From positions 29,697,360 to 29,761,359 of the forward strand of contig NC_043019.1 in the NCBI RefSeq assembly GCF_006345805.1: DNA of 64,000 nucleotides, read 5' to 3'. Position numbers and translations under genes: made by a program. Positions 39,355 through 48,826 of this stretch are shown in pieces; within the stretch, counting starts at the first letter, position 1, and every line of letters starts with the position of its first letter. A model generated the notes under the pieces. The model had not been told where the DNA came from and did no database searches. It saw only the letters and a list, made by a program, of their open reading frames with translations. This DNA is from Octopus sinensis (Eukaryota).

Positions 39355-39925
39355 TTGTCCCCCCCAACATCGCTTGACAACCGATGCTGGCATGTTTATG
39401 TCCCCGTAACGTAGCGGTTCGGCAAAAGAGACCAATAGAATAAGTACTAGGCTTACAAAGAATAAGTCCTGGGGTTGATTTTCCCGAACTAAAGGCGGTG
39501 CTCCAGCATGGCCGCAGTCAAATGACTGAAACAAGTAAAAGAGATATACTACACATACTATAATATAAACATTCATTAACATTCCATCTGATTTCTGTGC
39601 TAGCATGGAAAACAATCATTAAATGTTGATGAGGATGATGATGAAAAGAAATAATAATAATATTCCAGTATAATTATTTATGTTTTTTTTTTTCCTTTCA
39701 ATTTCTTTTCTACAGGAGTCTGGCTCTGATTCTGCTCCAAAGAAGAAGAAAGCCCGTATTGTCGAGAGTGAAGACGAAGACAATAACGATGCCGGTAGTG
39801 GCAGTGGTAGCGGTAGCGCTAACGAGGCAAGTGCTAACGAGGCAAGTGCTAACGAAGCGAGCGGCAACGAAGACAACAATGAAGAAAATGCTACAAACAA
39901 CAATGCTGACGAGGACTCCTCTTAG
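17538..39925 (+). CDS. LEO1: RNA polymerase-associated protein LEO1 (PAF1 complex), spliced; 5'-partial. join(17538-17606,19040-20392,21561-21692,23387-23460,24231-24424,30158-30242,32985-33103,35386-35520,35846-35981,37029-37212,37809-37915,39716-39925)
   Basis: All 12 exons have AG/GT boundaries and compatible phases (2798 nt = 2 + 932 codons including the stop). The translation contains the Leo1 domain: [109 protein letters not shown]. No ATG-bearing exon was found. Confidence 0.97.
17771..17945 (+). mobile_element. SINE family 1, 5' half
   Basis: Head through gaaactgaaagaaccc; other partial copies at 45355-45528 (-) and 55750-55985. Confidence 0.8.
19040..20392 (+). CDS. LEO1: LEO1 in-window exon 2 (1353 nt; Ser-Pro repeats then acidic SDDE repeats)
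   Basis: tctag| ... |gtaagt; lies in the 470-aa ORF 19018-20430; phase 1-1. Confidence 0.93.
21215..21562 (+). repeat. 174-bp tandem duplication (2 copies) ending on the LEO1 exon 3 acceptor
   Basis: 21215-21388 vs 21389-21562, with a few substitutions. Confidence 0.95.
21561..21692 (+). CDS. LEO1: LEO1 in-window exon 3, [44 protein letters not shown]
   Basis: tatcag| ... |gtaaaa; 132 nt; phase 1-1. Confidence 0.9.
22180..22575 (+). mobile_element. tRNA-derived SINE family 1, full length (head, internal TA/TG tract, conserved body, gaaacaagtaaaagag tail)
   Basis: ggcgcaggagtggctgtgtggtaag (A box) ... ggttcagtccc (B box); many near-identical copies in the window. Confidence 0.9.
22842..23190 (+). 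mobile_element. Non-autonomous Helitron
   Basis: A|TC(tctatatatataaa) start, subterminal hairpin, CTAG|T end; a 3'-end relative lies at about 10010-10046. Confidence 0.75.
23387..23460 (+). CDS. LEO1: LEO1 in-window exon 4, [25 protein letters not shown]
   Basis: taccag| ... |gtaatt; carries the (L/I)FGD-x-DD-x-SS motif typical of LEO1; phase 1-0. Confidence 0.92.
24231..24424 (+). CDS. LEO1: LEO1 in-window exon 5, [11 protein letters not shown]...[33 protein letters not shown]
   Basis: tcccag| ... AG|gttatt; start of the Leo1 domain; phase 0-2. Confidence 0.96.
24681..24908. mobile_element. piggyBac-type MITE family B (reverse orientation)
   Basis: TTAA-CCCTCT ... AAAAGGG-TTAG; internal sequence matches 4868-5096. 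Confidence 0.75.
26660..26885. repeat. (TAT)n / (AAT)n trinucleotide microsatellite
   Basis: Direct inspection; explains the poly-Y/L/N ORFs. Confidence 0.97.
27428..27839 (-). mobile_element. SINE family 1, full length
   Basis: Reverse complement of 22180-22575. Confidence 0.9.
28186..28460. repeat. Degenerate (CT)n/(CA)n/(CAT)n low-complexity tract
   Basis: Direct inspection. Confidence 0.9.
29586..29886 (-). mobile_element. tRNA-derived SINE family 4 with V-domain-like core
   Basis: Minus-strand head ggcgcaatggcctagtggttagggcagcggac..gattcccag; core gcgatggactggcatcccgtccag. Confidence 0.7.
30158..30242 (+). CDS. LEO1: LEO1 in-window exon 6, [28 protein letters not shown]
   Basis: tctag| ... 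|gtaaac; phase 2-0. Confidence 0.97.
31016..31420 (+). mobile_element. SINE family 2 with tandemly duplicated body (2 x about 185 bp)
   Basis: ggtatttcgtctgctgttac...gtgggtaataaagaaata repeated head-to-tail. Confidence 0.85.
32985..33103 (+). CDS. LEO1: LEO1 in-window exon 7, [40 protein letters not shown]
   Basis: attaag| ... |gtaagt; phase 0-2. Confidence 0.97.
33148..33457 (-). mobile_element. Possible solo LTR
   Basis: TGTTATAAA ... TTTGTAACA termini (8/9 inverted match), CpG-retaining unique interior; no TSD found. Confidence 0.35.
34141..34358 (+). mobile_element. tRNA-derived SINE family 2
   Basis: aggcggcgaactggcagaagcgttagcac...gagttcaaattccgccgaggtcgac...; copies at about 30672-30885, 38171-38360 and 38590-38770 (-). 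Confidence 0.88.
34590..34759. mobile_element. MITE with GGCG termini and 8-bp TSD (Merlin-like) containing CCCTAA repeats
   Basis: TSD AACTATTG at 34582-34589 and 34760-34767; 23-bp TIRs with 4 mismatches; GGNRM terminus plus 8-bp TSD fits the Merlin/IS1016 superfamily. Confidence 0.75.
35386..35520 (+). CDS. LEO1: LEO1 in-window exon 8, [45 protein letters not shown]
   Basis: tttcag| ... |gtaaat; phase 2-2; too short for the ORF track. Confidence 0.97.
35846..35981 (+). CDS. LEO1: LEO1 in-window exon 9, [45 protein letters not shown]
   Basis: ctccag| ... |gtatcg; phase 2-0. Confidence 0.97.
36545..36870 (-). mobile_element. RTE-clade LINE 3' fragment
   Basis: [52 protein letters not shown] is the typical RTE RT C-terminus; tail (GATA)n. 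Confidence 0.88.
37029..37212 (+). CDS. LEO1: LEO1 in-window exon 10, [61 protein letters not shown]
   Basis: ttgtag| ... |gtaatg; phase 0-1. Confidence 0.97.
37809..37915 (+). CDS. LEO1: LEO1 in-window exon 11, [36 protein letters not shown]
   Basis: ttctag| ... |gtaagt; IYSSDSD and RLMKAKKL motifs; phase 1-0. Confidence 0.96.
37940..38167. mobile_element. piggyBac-type MITE family A
   Basis: TTAA-CCCTTTCGTTACC ... AACGAAAGGG-TTGA. Confidence 0.85.
39150..39545 (+). mobile_element. SINE family 1, full length
   Basis: Colinear with 22180-22575. Confidence 0.9.
39716..39925 (+). CDS. LEO1: LEO1 terminal exon, [22 protein letters not shown]...(ANEAS)x3...ADEDSS*
   Basis: Long pyrimidine tract then tacag|; phase 0; TAG at 39923-39925. 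Confidence 0.92.
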   Translation, partial: ESGSDSAPKKKKARIVESEDEDNNDAGSGSGSGSANEASANEASANEASGNEDNNEENATNNNADEDSS

Positions 39926-39980
39926 AGTTAGGGTTAGGGTTAAAGGGTTAACAGGTTAGCGGGTTTGGGATTTGGTTTAG
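39922..39980 (+). repeat. Degenerate telomere-like (TTAGGG)n array starting at the LEO1 stop codon
   Basis: TTAGAG TTAGGG TTAGGG TTAAAGGG TTAACAGG TTAGCGGG TTTGGGA TTTGG TTTAG. Confidence 0.8.
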
Positions 39981-41509
39981 CCTCTGTAAACACCTATGTG
40001 TTGTAGTAGCCCTTGTATGAATTCACTCCCATATAAAAATTAAAAAAAGGACAACTTCAGGGTTTCATATTTGCAGAAAACTCTCATTCACTTTCCCCTG
40101 TATTTATTTATTTAGTGGTTGCCTTTATGACTAAAATGAATTACTTTAATAATGGTAGTCTCTTAAACGAATTAGGTGATGCCTTGAATTCCCTTTCATT
40201 TCATCTGTAAAAAACCCAAAAGCCTATTAAGCCTTGTAAATATTTCATCAGTTCAACCCTTATAAATTTGTTTATTGTTTTTCTTTTTTTTTTTTCGTTT
40301 TTTTTTTTAAACCTTTTATTACTTTCCTCATCATAACACATAATCTTCTTCACCATTTTTTGCTCCGTTTCTCATTCTCATCTATCTTATTCCTGTTACA
40401 TCTGAACAAAGAAGTGATAAACAACACTGAGCCGGATACAGTGGAATATGTTGGGAAAAGAAATTTGACCAAAAAAACAAAAACAAAAAAGACTGAAAAA
40501 AAAGGAGAATTTCAAAATATGTTTACATCAAGAATTTATAAAACTTTGAGTGTGAATGTGAAATGATTCTTTTTTATTACATAATTCTACAATCGTAGAA
40601 TTGGTTAATAATACAAAGTGCTCACATCATCCTTCTTGCTAATGTTTATGTAAATTCTACAGATATTTACACATTTTCAGATATATCATTTCTGTTTTAT
40701 ACTTGTATCTGTTTGCTGTTAACCGTAGATGAGCTTAACATATCAAACTTCATGGTTAAAACCCAAATGGAATTGATATATGTATGTATAGGTATATATG
40801 TGTGTGTGTGTATGCATACATACATATATATATATATAAATGGATGAATGAATTATCCTTTGTATACCGTTAACATGGACAATTCAATAAACAGTTACCA
40901 GGGTAGCAAAATTCACGCAAGTAACAAGGATATAGCGACCTATTCAAAGGTAGAAACTCCGGGTTAATGTGCAGTAATTTGTGTAGTATAAGTAAATAAA
41001 TGGAGTTGAACGCAGATGTCGAAAGTAAAAGAATTTGAATAGCATCAATGTTCAACTCCATTTATTTACTTATATATATATATATAGATACAGATGTAGG
41101 TAGATAGATAGAAAGAATTTACTGTTCCATTATTGTTGGGATCAAAATAGTACTCCATCCAGTGAGAGATATTATTTTATATACATAGTATTTAAATATG
41201 AGCTGCTGTTAGTTTCATGCTATGAAAATACAATAAACTGAAAAGCCTGTATTGCATGGCTTGTGTTTTCAAGCAAGCTTTCAGACTCAGATACATAACA
41301 TAGCTGGCTATTTTTGCAAAAATGAGGAAGGACACTGACAATAGGATAGAAATAGATTTATATATGTATACAATGTATATGTAGGTTTATATATGTGTTA
41401 GTGTACATGTGTATCTATATATAAATATAATAATTATTATTTGAGGGAATATAAATCCAAACTTACAGGGAAAAAAAATTCAATTTAGAAATACTAAATC
41501 AAATTTCAC

Positions 41510-41541
<32 letters not shown>

Positions 41542-41548
<7 letters not shown>

Positions 41549-41813
41549 TTAGAAAAAAACCACCTTTTATCAATTCAAAATGAACAATTAAATTACACCA
41601 TCTAGAAAATTATATATAATAGAAATATTAAAATTAAAATAACAATAAAATAATAAAAAAACATAATTATATACGTTTTTATTATTTTTTTGCAATTTAC
41701 TTAATCATTGGTATTTTATTGTTATTTTAATTTTAATATTTCTATTATATGTAATTTTCTAGATGGTGTAATTTAATTGTTCGTTTTGAATTGATAAAAG
41801 GTGGGTTTTTTTC

Positions 41814-41822
<9 letters not shown>
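41542..41822. repeat. AT-rich inverted repeat (about 110-bp arms, 59-bp spacer) between two (TA)n tracts
   Basis: aaaaaccaccttttatcaattc...aacaataaaata mirrored by tattttattgtt...gataaaaggtgggttttt, with few mismatches. Confidence 0.88.
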
Positions 41823-41859
<37 letters not shown>

Positions 41860-42509
41860 TGTGAATGTATATACATAATAAATACTATTAAATAACTTAT
41901 TTATACTCAAATAAATATAAATACTATTAAGTTCTTTTATTATTTGTGATATACAAATGTTGATGAACAGTGATCAATAAACGTAGAAGAATATATTTGT
42001 CCAACACTTATATTTTACTTTGTTGCTACTCTGAGTTTTTTAAGTGATAAAAATGACTAGGGTGAGATTAATCGACAACTTTGAAGATAGGGAGGGCACC
42101 CAGCCATAGAAGCCATGCCAAAACAGACAATTGGGGCCTGGTGTAGGTCTCTGGTTTGCCAGCTCCTGTCAAACTGTCCAACCCATGCCAGCATGGAAAA
42201 CGGGCGTTAAATGATGATGACATACATTATGACATGTGTGTAAGATAATTGTAATATTAATATATATCTTAATATACTGTATTTTCCAACATACAAGTCA
42301 ATGTTGTATACAGTATAAAAATGTATAAACATTCAAACATCATCACTATCTTTCTAAATCCTGTTGCGTTCCTCCAAGGACATTCTTGGTGTATAAGTTG
42401 AACTACCTTATTTTTGGCTGTACTTCAGTCTGAAAAATCTGACTTGTATGCTGGACAATGCAGTCGTAAGATTTATCTCTGAGGTTAATTCAGAATTCAA
42501 TAACAACAT

Positions 42510-42905
42510 AGGCGCAGGAGTGGCTGTGTGGTAAGTAGCTTGCTAACCAACCACATGGTTCCGGGTTCAGTCCCACTGCGTGGCATCTTGGGCAAGTGTC
42601 TTCTGCTATAGCCCCGGGCCGACCAATGCCTTGTGAGTGGATTTGGTAGACGGAAACTGAAAGAAGCCTGTCGTATATATGTTTATATATGTATGTGTGT
42701 GTGTCTGTGTTTGTCCCCCTAGCATTGCTTGACAACCGATGCTGGTGTGTTTACGTCCCCCGTCACTTAGCGGTTCGGCAAAAAGAGACCGATAGAATAA
42801 GTACTGGGCTTACAAAAAGAATAAGTCCCGGGGTCGAGTTGCTCGACTAAAGGCGGTGCTCCAGCATGGCCACAGTTAAATGACTGAAACAAGTGAAAGA
42901 GAAAA
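42510..42905 (+). mobile_element. SINE family 1, full length
   Basis: Colinear with 22180-22575. Confidence 0.9.
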
Positions 42906-43397
42906 GAGAATATGAAGTAGAGGAACTGAAAGAAAAGTCAAGATATTTCTCAACATTATATCTATCATTGTTGTTCTACTTTAAATGACATCTGCTTGTG
43001 TTGCATCGCTTCGTTGATGTCAGATTGTAACATCTTAAAATGAAGAATATATTCTAGCAAAAGAATCTCTATCATCATTCGTTTGATATTTAAGGGGAAA
43101 GAAAAATAAACAAAATATTAGTTTTGTCTTGAAGGTGTTTTAGCTATTCTGTATTATGGGACTCCAATACTTCTCCATTCATTTTGATAAAGTCTTTTGC
43201 TAGAACATCATATATATATATATATATATACACATACATACAGGTACAACACCAAGTTTCTGGACACTGATGTACCAGAACCTCTTGTAATCCATGCTAA
43301 TCTACAAGCAGGTACTTCAAATTTCCACAGACGCTGGACTAGTTTGTTGACTAGTATCTTGTACAGTACAGTATAAATATACTTGTATGATTTATAC

Positions 43398-43710
43398 CAG
43401 GCCTGACCAACTCAAATTACATTGCGGGCCACCTTAATCACAGAAATTTTTTTGAGGGCTGCTTGTATACTGACAGAATTGAAAGCATTTTGCTTTCTCA
43501 TGCTATTATTACAATAATGAATAAATGATTGTTGACTCAACATGAAATATTATCGTTGCAAATACAGTAGTGTCTTTCTTTTTTACTTTTCTTTACAATT
43601 TTTAATTTTTGATAGAATTTTGAAAATGTTTGTTTAAATAAACCCATTTCAAGGAAGTATCAAGCAGGCAGCAAGATAAAAGTCTGTGGGCCCCAGGTTG
43701 GCCAGCCCTG
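43398..43710. mobile_element. hAT-type MITE
   Basis: TIRs CAGGCCTGACCAAC / GTTGGCCAGCCCTG; perfect 8-bp TSD ATTTATAC. Confidence 0.88.
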
Positions 43711-44760
43711 ATTTATACTAATGTACCAATACTTGTATTTAATTTATCTAACCTTTTAGCATTTAAACTGTCCGTGTCTGGCTCAAATATATCCTCCCCC
43801 ATTTTACATTCTAACTAGTCAGATCTTTCTTCTCACACCTACTTTACAATTGTAAAAACAAACAATCACATCATCAAAATATTGAAGCAATGGAATAAAG
43901 CATGATTAATTAAAACAATGTGAATATATATAAGCATTACATTTAACAGAGTAATCTGAGTGCTAAAAGCTTGAGTAAATTTGATATTTGTTTAATTTAG
44001 AATGTATTGACCCAGTATTCTGAAAAAGGTTCCAGAAAGTCAATGTTGTACCTATGTATATGTATGTGTGTTTGTGTATATATATATATATATATTTCTT
44101 CAACCATTATAGTTCCAACTTGACAGCTTGTTAGGTTGGGAAGCTGATTGTTCTTCTATTGAAGAGATTGACTAATTTGTTCTTTGCAACACCTCATTAC
44201 AGAGGTTCCACTTTGTAAATAAAGATCCAGATGTGAAGATAATAAACAGAAAAGATATTTTTTGACTTTTAGTTTGTCTTCCTTATTAATGGATGTTCTA
44301 AATTTAATGCATAATTTTTCATTCTTTTTCTTTTTCTTCATTGTTTTACTTGAATATTTTTTGGAGACGTAACAACAAAGATTGGCAGTTTGATGTGTGT
44401 GTGTGTGTCTGGCTCAAATATTCTCCATGGAAAGCAGACATTAAATATTGATGATGATATATGATTATGAATATATATGTGCATGTATAACTACTGTGCT
44501 AATTCATCTCATTACTGTCAGGTGGGTGTTGTTATTCCAGTAGCCAGGGAGATAATTTCACTTAGTGCTGGTGACAAGAGAAACACACTCGGTACACTCT
44601 ATAAAGTGGTTAGTTTTAGGAAGGGCTGAATGCCCTTCCTAGACACCATGCAAAAGATGACACGAGCTCGACACAGCTCACCGTTTCCCTGTCAAATCAT
44701 CTGACCCATGCCTGCATGGAAAGCAGATGTTAGATGAAGATGATGGTATATATGTATGTG

Positions 44761-44794
<34 letters not shown>

Positions 44795-45534
44795 TAGAAA
44801 GAGTTTTTGGCTTTTGTTGCAAAAGAACCACTATGTTGCATCATTTCTGGAAATTATTTCTTCTTTGTCCCAGTGCATCTGGGTTCTACAGAAAACTGCA
44901 AAACATGGACACCCTTTCCCCTCCAACAGTTTCACCTTTATGCAGAGGGCTAGGTCTAGGTCAACCTTCCACTCTTACTCCTTCACATGCAAAAATGACT
45001 AGTGGCACTTAGTTCATACCATTTACACCAATCCCCCATAATTAGACAATATCCTCTCAATACCAATCTAATAGGATAAAATGCCTATGATGGCAAGACA
45101 AGCGATTTGTAAACATTTCCCTCCACCACCATTACCCAAACTTTTAGCACCTCCTCCAGTGTTTGGCTGTTCAACTAATAAATATCACTTGGGAAAAATT
45201 ACTTCTTCCTCAATGTCAATGTTTGCAACTTAACACAAAAAATATTCCAAGAGATGTACAACCCAAATAATGGTAGAACCTATAAAGACCATTGCCGAGT
45301 ATTTAATACCCAAGCTAGTATATAAATATATATATATACTAGTTTCTCAACCATTTCAATCATTTGACTGCGGCCATACTGGAGCACCGCCTTTAGTCGA
45401 GCATATCGACCCCAGGACTTATTCTGTCGGACTCTTTTGCCGAACCGCTAAGTTACGGGGACGTAAACACACCAGCATTGGTTGTCAAGTGATGTTGAGG
45501 GGACAAACACACATATATATATATGTATAAAGTT

Positions 45535-45710
45535 AATCCAAACATGAAAGCACAAAAAACAACAACGCGAGGATGTGGAACAAATATAGTATTATTGGAC
45601 GCTCAGGAAAGGAGGATTTAACGTTTCGAGCGGAGCTCTTCGTCGGAAACATAGGAGAAGGAAAGACAGAGGGAAAGAAATCGCCAACGGTACACACGCA
45701 GTCACATTTT
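45535..45710 (-). mobile_element. Penelope-like terminal repeat fragment
   Basis: Carries a hammerhead variant followed by ttcctgagcg..aatac; related fragments at 17310-17490 (+, hammerhead deleted) and 53690-53850 (+), each ending at a (TA)n tract. Confidence 0.6.
45617..45649 (-). ncRNA. Hammerhead ribozyme motif variant (CCGACGA core)
   Basis: Minus strand TTT-CCGACGA-A-GAGC(tcc)GCTC-GAAA-CG-T-T-AAA; weak stem I. Confidence 0.45.
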
Positions 45711-46107
45711 GAATGTATACAAATATACAACAGGCTTCTTTCAGATCGTGTCATATAGCCAGCTGGAGATGATGTCTCCTGGGGCTAAATTACAGCAAGA
45801 TTAGTCCTAAACCAAGACTGCCTTGTTATGTTGGCAAAAATCTTTACTCCAAAGTACTGTTGCTGAATATCTCTCATTGTGAGATTTAAAAATAGTAATT
45901 TTCTAATCAGGAACTCTGCTTCAGAATTTTTACATGTGACACAATGTTTAGAATATTACAATTTCCTAATAACTTGTTAGTTAAAGGAATACCATAACAT
46001 CCTGATGATGTGGTTTTGGTTGGACAAGTCTACTAAAAGATCTAACAATGAGTCTCCACACTTTAACAGATCTGTAACGGGTTTAAATTTGTAAACATTA
46101 TTATAAT

Positions 46108-46498
46108 AGGCGTAGGAGTGGCTGTGTGGTAAGTAGCTTGCTTACCAACCACATGGTTCCGGGTTCAGTCTCACTGCACGGCACCTTGGGCAAGTGCCTG
46201 CTACTATAGCCTCGGGCCGACCAAAGCCTTGTGAGTGGATTTGGTAGATGGAAACTGAAAGAAGCCTGTCGTATATATGTATGTGTATATGTTTGTGTGT
46301 CTGTGTTTGTTCCCCCAACATCGCTTGACAACCAATGCTGGTGTATCTACGTCCCCGTAACTTAGCGGTTCGGCAAAAGAGACCAATAGAATAAGTACTA
46401 GGCTTCCAAAGAATAAGTCCTGGGGTCGATTTGCTCGACTAAAGAGGTGGTGCTCCAGCATGGCCACAGTCAAATGACCGAAACAAGTAAATGAGTAT
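46108..46498 (+). mobile_element. SINE family 1, full length
   Basis: Colinear with 22180-22575. Confidence 0.9.
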
Positions 46499-47599
46499 AA
46501 TATGTTGGAGTCAGCAGTTGTGATGATAAAAAGTTGTTATTATTGCATGTTGTAGGTTGTCAAAGATGAACAATGCATGAAGTTTTAAGAAAGTATTTAT
46601 TTACGTTACAATACCTTGCCACGACGGACAGGTTATGATAACTCCAAAAGCATGCGAAGTAAAGTTAGATGTGGTAGAATGTTTCATTACATAGCCTGGT
46701 GTATATGAATAGTTAGTAGTAATCCACAGATAACAATAGAATGAGTTTGTAAGAGAACAGAATTAGAGCTAGACAGAATTGTAGGGTGTTGTCTCACAGT
46801 TGCTTTTTCCCTCTGACCAAGGTTGGTTAGCCAGACCTCATTGAGTCGTCATGACCGTGACGAACTGATTTTTGTTTGGGGTATTCTTGCTTTTATAACA
46901 ATCCAGAAGGATAGACACACCATTGAAAACAATAGATTTAGTTGGTGGTCTTGTTATCTCTATTCTAGCTTTTAGTGAGGTAGAAGAGGTTAGAAAGTAG
47001 TGAAGACATTATTTCGGCCTAGCTAAAGGAATCTGGAAGATGTAAAACTGCTGTCAGAGAAAAACCTTTGTTCCATCGTGGGAAAAGTTCTGTTGCAGTG
47101 TTAATTTAAATTTGGCTATGGTGGATCGAATCCACTTCATGCATGCAAGATCTACTACAGATCTATGGTTTAACACTTTAGTATTTAAACCAGCTATATC
47201 TAACCCAATTGTTCTATCTGTTTTAAGTTCAAACTGGCCAGATCCTGCTTTTTACACCTACCCAGCAAATTCATTCTAAATATAAACAATTATATCATTG
47301 TAAAAACTAATACTTCCTTTCTCCAAGCCTTTTGTAATGAGCGTGAATGCCCCGGTCCGTGGGAAATGGCCGAAACCGATCCATGGTGCAAAAAAAAAAA
47401 GTGTGAGGGATCACCGATCTAAAAGCAGTGAGCAAGAGAGATAACTCCGATAAAATCAGTTGATCGAAATTTGGGAACAATATAGAGTAGACGTATTGTT
47501 TTCTTATCTCCCGTGCACTTTTATATCTGGCATTGCGTGCTGGCATACTGCGATTTTATACGTGTGTGTGTGTAATAATTAAATTAAATTATATATATG

Positions 47600-47981
47600 C
47601 TAGCAGTATCGCCCGGCGTTGCTCGGGTTTGTAAGGGAAATAACTATAAAGCATTTTTAGAGAGTTATAGCCAAAAAATGCATTAAAAATGGAAAAAAAA
47701 TTATGGTAAATTTTTTTTTAAATCGTTGACTCATGTAGACATTTTTAGAGAGTTACTTCCCTCATATTAAAAAAATATGCATTAAAATGGAAAAAAATGA
47801 TGGTAAATTATTTTTTAAATCGTAGACTCATCGTAGACGCGCGCTAATACCCAGAAGGGCTTGATATGAATCACGACTATAAGATACCCGGTTTTGGTTA
47901 AACTGCACCGCAAAATGTGGGCGTAGTTAGGAATCTAAATCGGAGTAGACAGACACACAACCTTTCTTTTATATATAAAGA
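47600..47981 (-). mobile_element. Non-autonomous Helitron
   Basis: Minus strand A|TCtttatatataaaag ... cccgagcaacgccggg hairpin ... CTAG. Confidence 0.8.
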
Positions 47982-48137
47982 TATATATATATATAATAAT
48001 ATTAGGGAGTATATCCAAACTTACAGGCAAAAATTAGATTTAGGATTAAATCAAATTTCACAGTATAAATATGAATTAAATTATAGATTAAACCACTATT
48101 TGGCAACTCAAACAGTGATAGAATATATATATATGTA

Positions 48138-48209
48138 TATATTGGCAGGGCTTACTGCTAGGGAGTCGGCCATATGGCCGACTCCCTAGCAGTAAGCCCT
48201 GCCAATATA
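48138..48209. repeat. 72-bp perfect spacerless palindrome
   Basis: tatattggcagggcttactgctagggagtcggccat|atggccgactccctagcagtaagccctgccaatata. Confidence 0.95.
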
Positions 48210-48439
48210 CACATATATTAGAATTTTCTCTGACTCCTCAGATTTTTGTATGCTGGACTACTGGTTTTAAATTGATATTAAAATTAATATTAATTTATCT
48301 CCCTCATTATTTATATATATATATATATATATACCGGAGTAAACACATAAATGTGAAACAAGGTGGAAAAAAGAGTACTCAAATACCAGTGGTGGAGTAA
48401 TATGCTTTATTTAAAGCAGCATATATATACACACATACA

Positions 48440-48741
48440 TATGTTGTATATATAATGAAAAGTCACCCGGATCTTTAAACCCTGTAAACCCCATAAACTG
48501 CGATAGTAAAAATAATAGAAATAAAATTTTAAAATATATTCTTTCTATGCGGCCCATTACCAATTGATCCACGGTCCGGTGGTTGGAATTCTTGTAGATT
48601 AATTTGTTTGGATAATCAAGTTGACGAAAGTTTTTTTTCCTCTCTCTCTCTCTCGTTCTCTCTTTCTCTCACTCTCTCCTTCTGCCCCCTTCTCTCTTCC
48701 TCTCACTCTCCCTCAACACCGAATCAACAACACAAGACAAC
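48440..48741 (+). promoter_or_regulatory. Probable MRGBP promoter/5'UTR
   Basis: Non-repetitive, CpG-retaining stretch (e.g. atgcggccc, ccacggtccgg) with a CT-rich leader directly before the ATG. Confidence 0.55.
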
Positions 48742-48826
48742 ATGGCGGAGAACGTGGATCCGCTCAACTGGAGTGTCGACATGGAAGTCAGCTTGTTCCA
48801 TGCCATGCGTGGACACAAACCAGTTG
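48742..48826 (+). CDS. MRGBP: MRGBP exon 1 (coding part)
   Basis: caacATGG start context, donor G|gtaagt, phase 1. Confidence 0.95.

Noticed and set aside
39941-39951. AAAGGGTTAA after the LEO1 stop, identical to a piggyBac MITE end
   Set aside because: No partner TIR or MITE interior nearby; better explained as part of the degenerate TTAGGG array
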